DNA of 64,000 nt, taken from NCBI GenBank assembly GCA_050084515.1, contig CM114271.1, forward strand, positions 8,122,001-8,186,000, written 5' to 3'. The notes beneath the pieces are model-generated. The model had not been told where the DNA came from, searched no databases, and saw nothing but the letters and a program-made list of their open reading frames with translations. The position numbers and the translations under genes are program-made. Each line of letters opens with the position of its first letter. The first letter of the stretch is position 1. Of this stretch, positions 62,240-64,000 are shown piece after piece. The DNA comes from Blasia pusilla. Taxonomy: Eukaryota.

Positions 62240-62965
62240 AAAATCGCAACCCGTTGGAGTCCAACAAGTTGCGCGGCTCCGCCATCTTGTGTCCGTCGCC
62301 ACGTGCGCGAGCAACCCGTCGGAGACCGACGGGTTGAGCGGCTCCGTCGTCTTCGGAAAAGAACGCGAGGTTCCCGCGCAACCCGTCGGAGACCGACATG
62401 TTGCGCGCCTCCGCCATCCTGGGTACGTCGCCACGTGCGCAAGCAACCCGTCAGAGACCGACAGGTTGAGTGCCTCCGTCGTCTTCGGAAAACAACGCGA
62501 GGTACCCGCGCAACCTGTCGGAGCCCGACATGTTGCGCGCCTCCGCCGTGTTTGGGACGGGAACTGGACGTTTCTTGGGCAATCCGTCGGAGACCGTTGG
62601 GTTGCACGCTTCCCTCATCGAGGGTTAGGAACGAGGGCTTCCCGTGCAAGTCGTCGGAGTCTGGCTGGCTGCACCACAAGGCGAGTCCCTTGCGCAACCC
62701 GTTAGAGGGCAACGGGTTGCACGCCTCGCCTCTTTGGGCTAAAAGGCGACGCACCCGCGGAACTCGAAGAGAACAGACGGTTTGCACGCCTCCGGCATCT
62801 TCGGGCAAGAAGGATCGGTATCCAAGCAACTCGTCGGAGAGCGACGGGTTGCTCACTTTGACAATGTTTAGCAGAAGCCTGCAACCCGTCCGATGCCGAC
62901 TGGTTGCAGGCTTCGGTTAGCTTCGGGTAATTTCGGAGTTACCACGACTCCGACGGGTTCCAAGT
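62240..62965. repeat. Palindrome array in the bidirectional promoter (copy D)
   Basis: gcaacccgtcggagaccgacgggttg units between the two TATA boxes. Confidence 0.85.
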
Positions 62966-63173
62966 GTGATGCGCAACCCTCTGCTTCCCAAATCCGGTAA
63001 CATATTGCAACAGAATTGAATGTGTTACGGTGGATCCATTGTGTCGACAATGTCACCCACCGAATTCATCTTGTCGGTAAAAAAATGTCAGAGTATCTGT
63101 TTCCTATTCACTATAAATTAAATATTCTCATTCTCATTCTCATTCTCGTCTCCTCCCGTTGGAATCTTCTTGA

Positions 63174-64000
63174 ATGGATAATTATGTTAAGCTCACTTGT
63201 GGCGGTCATCCGTGCCCTTCCTCAATCGGAAATCATTCGACCCCAAGCTCGTGAGTCTTTCATAGTAGTGGATGAAAATTTTCTGTCTGTTCGATTTCTT
63301 CTTCAAATTGGAACCATCTTTGTATCCAAAGATGTTAGGGTGGACGGTACGGAAGACATAATAGGTGAGATGGCCCAGCCAGTGACCTCAGACCGTAAAG
63401 TATGGAATCTCCTACCTCTACCAAATGGTCAATACAGAGTTTACGGCCTGCCCCTGAATTCGTCTGTTTCCCAAGTAGACGGTCTAGAATTTCCTAGTGC
63501 TCCAAGCTCTACGTTTGCAACTCCAAGCTCTGCAGATCCGGCTTCGACTCCAACTTTGCACGCTCGTGACAATGTTGTTTTTCCAGAAGAGATTCCGGAT
63601 GTTATCAACCTCAGTGGATCTGTCAGGCACCAATCGAGCCCTCTGTCCGCCTACTCTTTCCTCTTGCGAGTATCAGGCAATAGTTTGCTTTCGTCTCTGC
63701 CCTTGAAAATGTTCAAGCACATTCTTGTTGACGAGCTGCCGCCCACGTACGATGGTAATTGCATTTTTGAGTTGCCTCCACTTGCTGCTCATGCTCAAAA
63801 GAAGGATGGAGGATGCCTGAAGGGTATGGACAAAAAGTCTGATTGTCATGGATGGTGCAGGCTTCAACGGACCAGTGCTTCCATCCCAGATGGTCCTTGG
63901 ATTGTCTCCCGCCGCCAATGCGTGGGAGCCTTGGAGTGTAGAAGTCCAGCATGCCCGTATCTAGAGCGCAACGGGCGAGTCAATACGTCGCAATTCCCCC
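63174..64000 (+). pseudogene. 5' part of GCM/MULE transposase (copy D), cut by the window end
   Basis: MDNYVKLTCG start; matches copy A 10211-11040. Confidence 0.8.

Larger units (their letters stand above)
55078..64000 (+). mobile_element. MULE copy D (runs off the window end)
   Basis: Left end GGGGGCTAGTATTATGACAGGAGAGAGTAAG; colinear with A and C; retains the promoter array. Confidence 0.9.

Overview
Eukaryotic, almost certainly plant-lineage (spliceosomal GT-AG introns, Ty3/Gypsy and hAT relics), transposon-saturated region with no recognisable host gene. About 65% of the window is four copies (A 3215-14521 +, B 15591-25024 -, C 28908-39031 +, D 55078->64000 +) plus diverged relics of one ~12.4-kb DNA transposon. 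Copy C has a 9-10 bp TSD. The element carries two divergently transcribed, intron-containing genes. One is a GCM-fold/Mutator-type DDE/SWIM transposase. The other is an accessory gene joining a ParB/Srx-type N-terminal domain (DGNHRFMA = GxxRxxA) to a prokaryote-like beta-class amino (N6A/N4C) DNA-methyltransferase fold with degenerate motifs. Its introns and bidirectional promoter are filled with dozens of copies of a 27-bp palindrome, GCAACCCGTCGGAnTCCGACGGGTTGC. Separately, a decayed Ty3/Gypsy element carries a C5-cytosine methyltransferase domain between protease and RT. Also present: a second near-complete Ty3/Gypsy internal region, an integrase fragment, a hAT pseudogene, two solo LTRs with 5-bp TSDs and a ~180-bp tandem repeat. 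All coding regions are disrupted; some indels may be assembly errors. Domain calls are by eye, not by database search.
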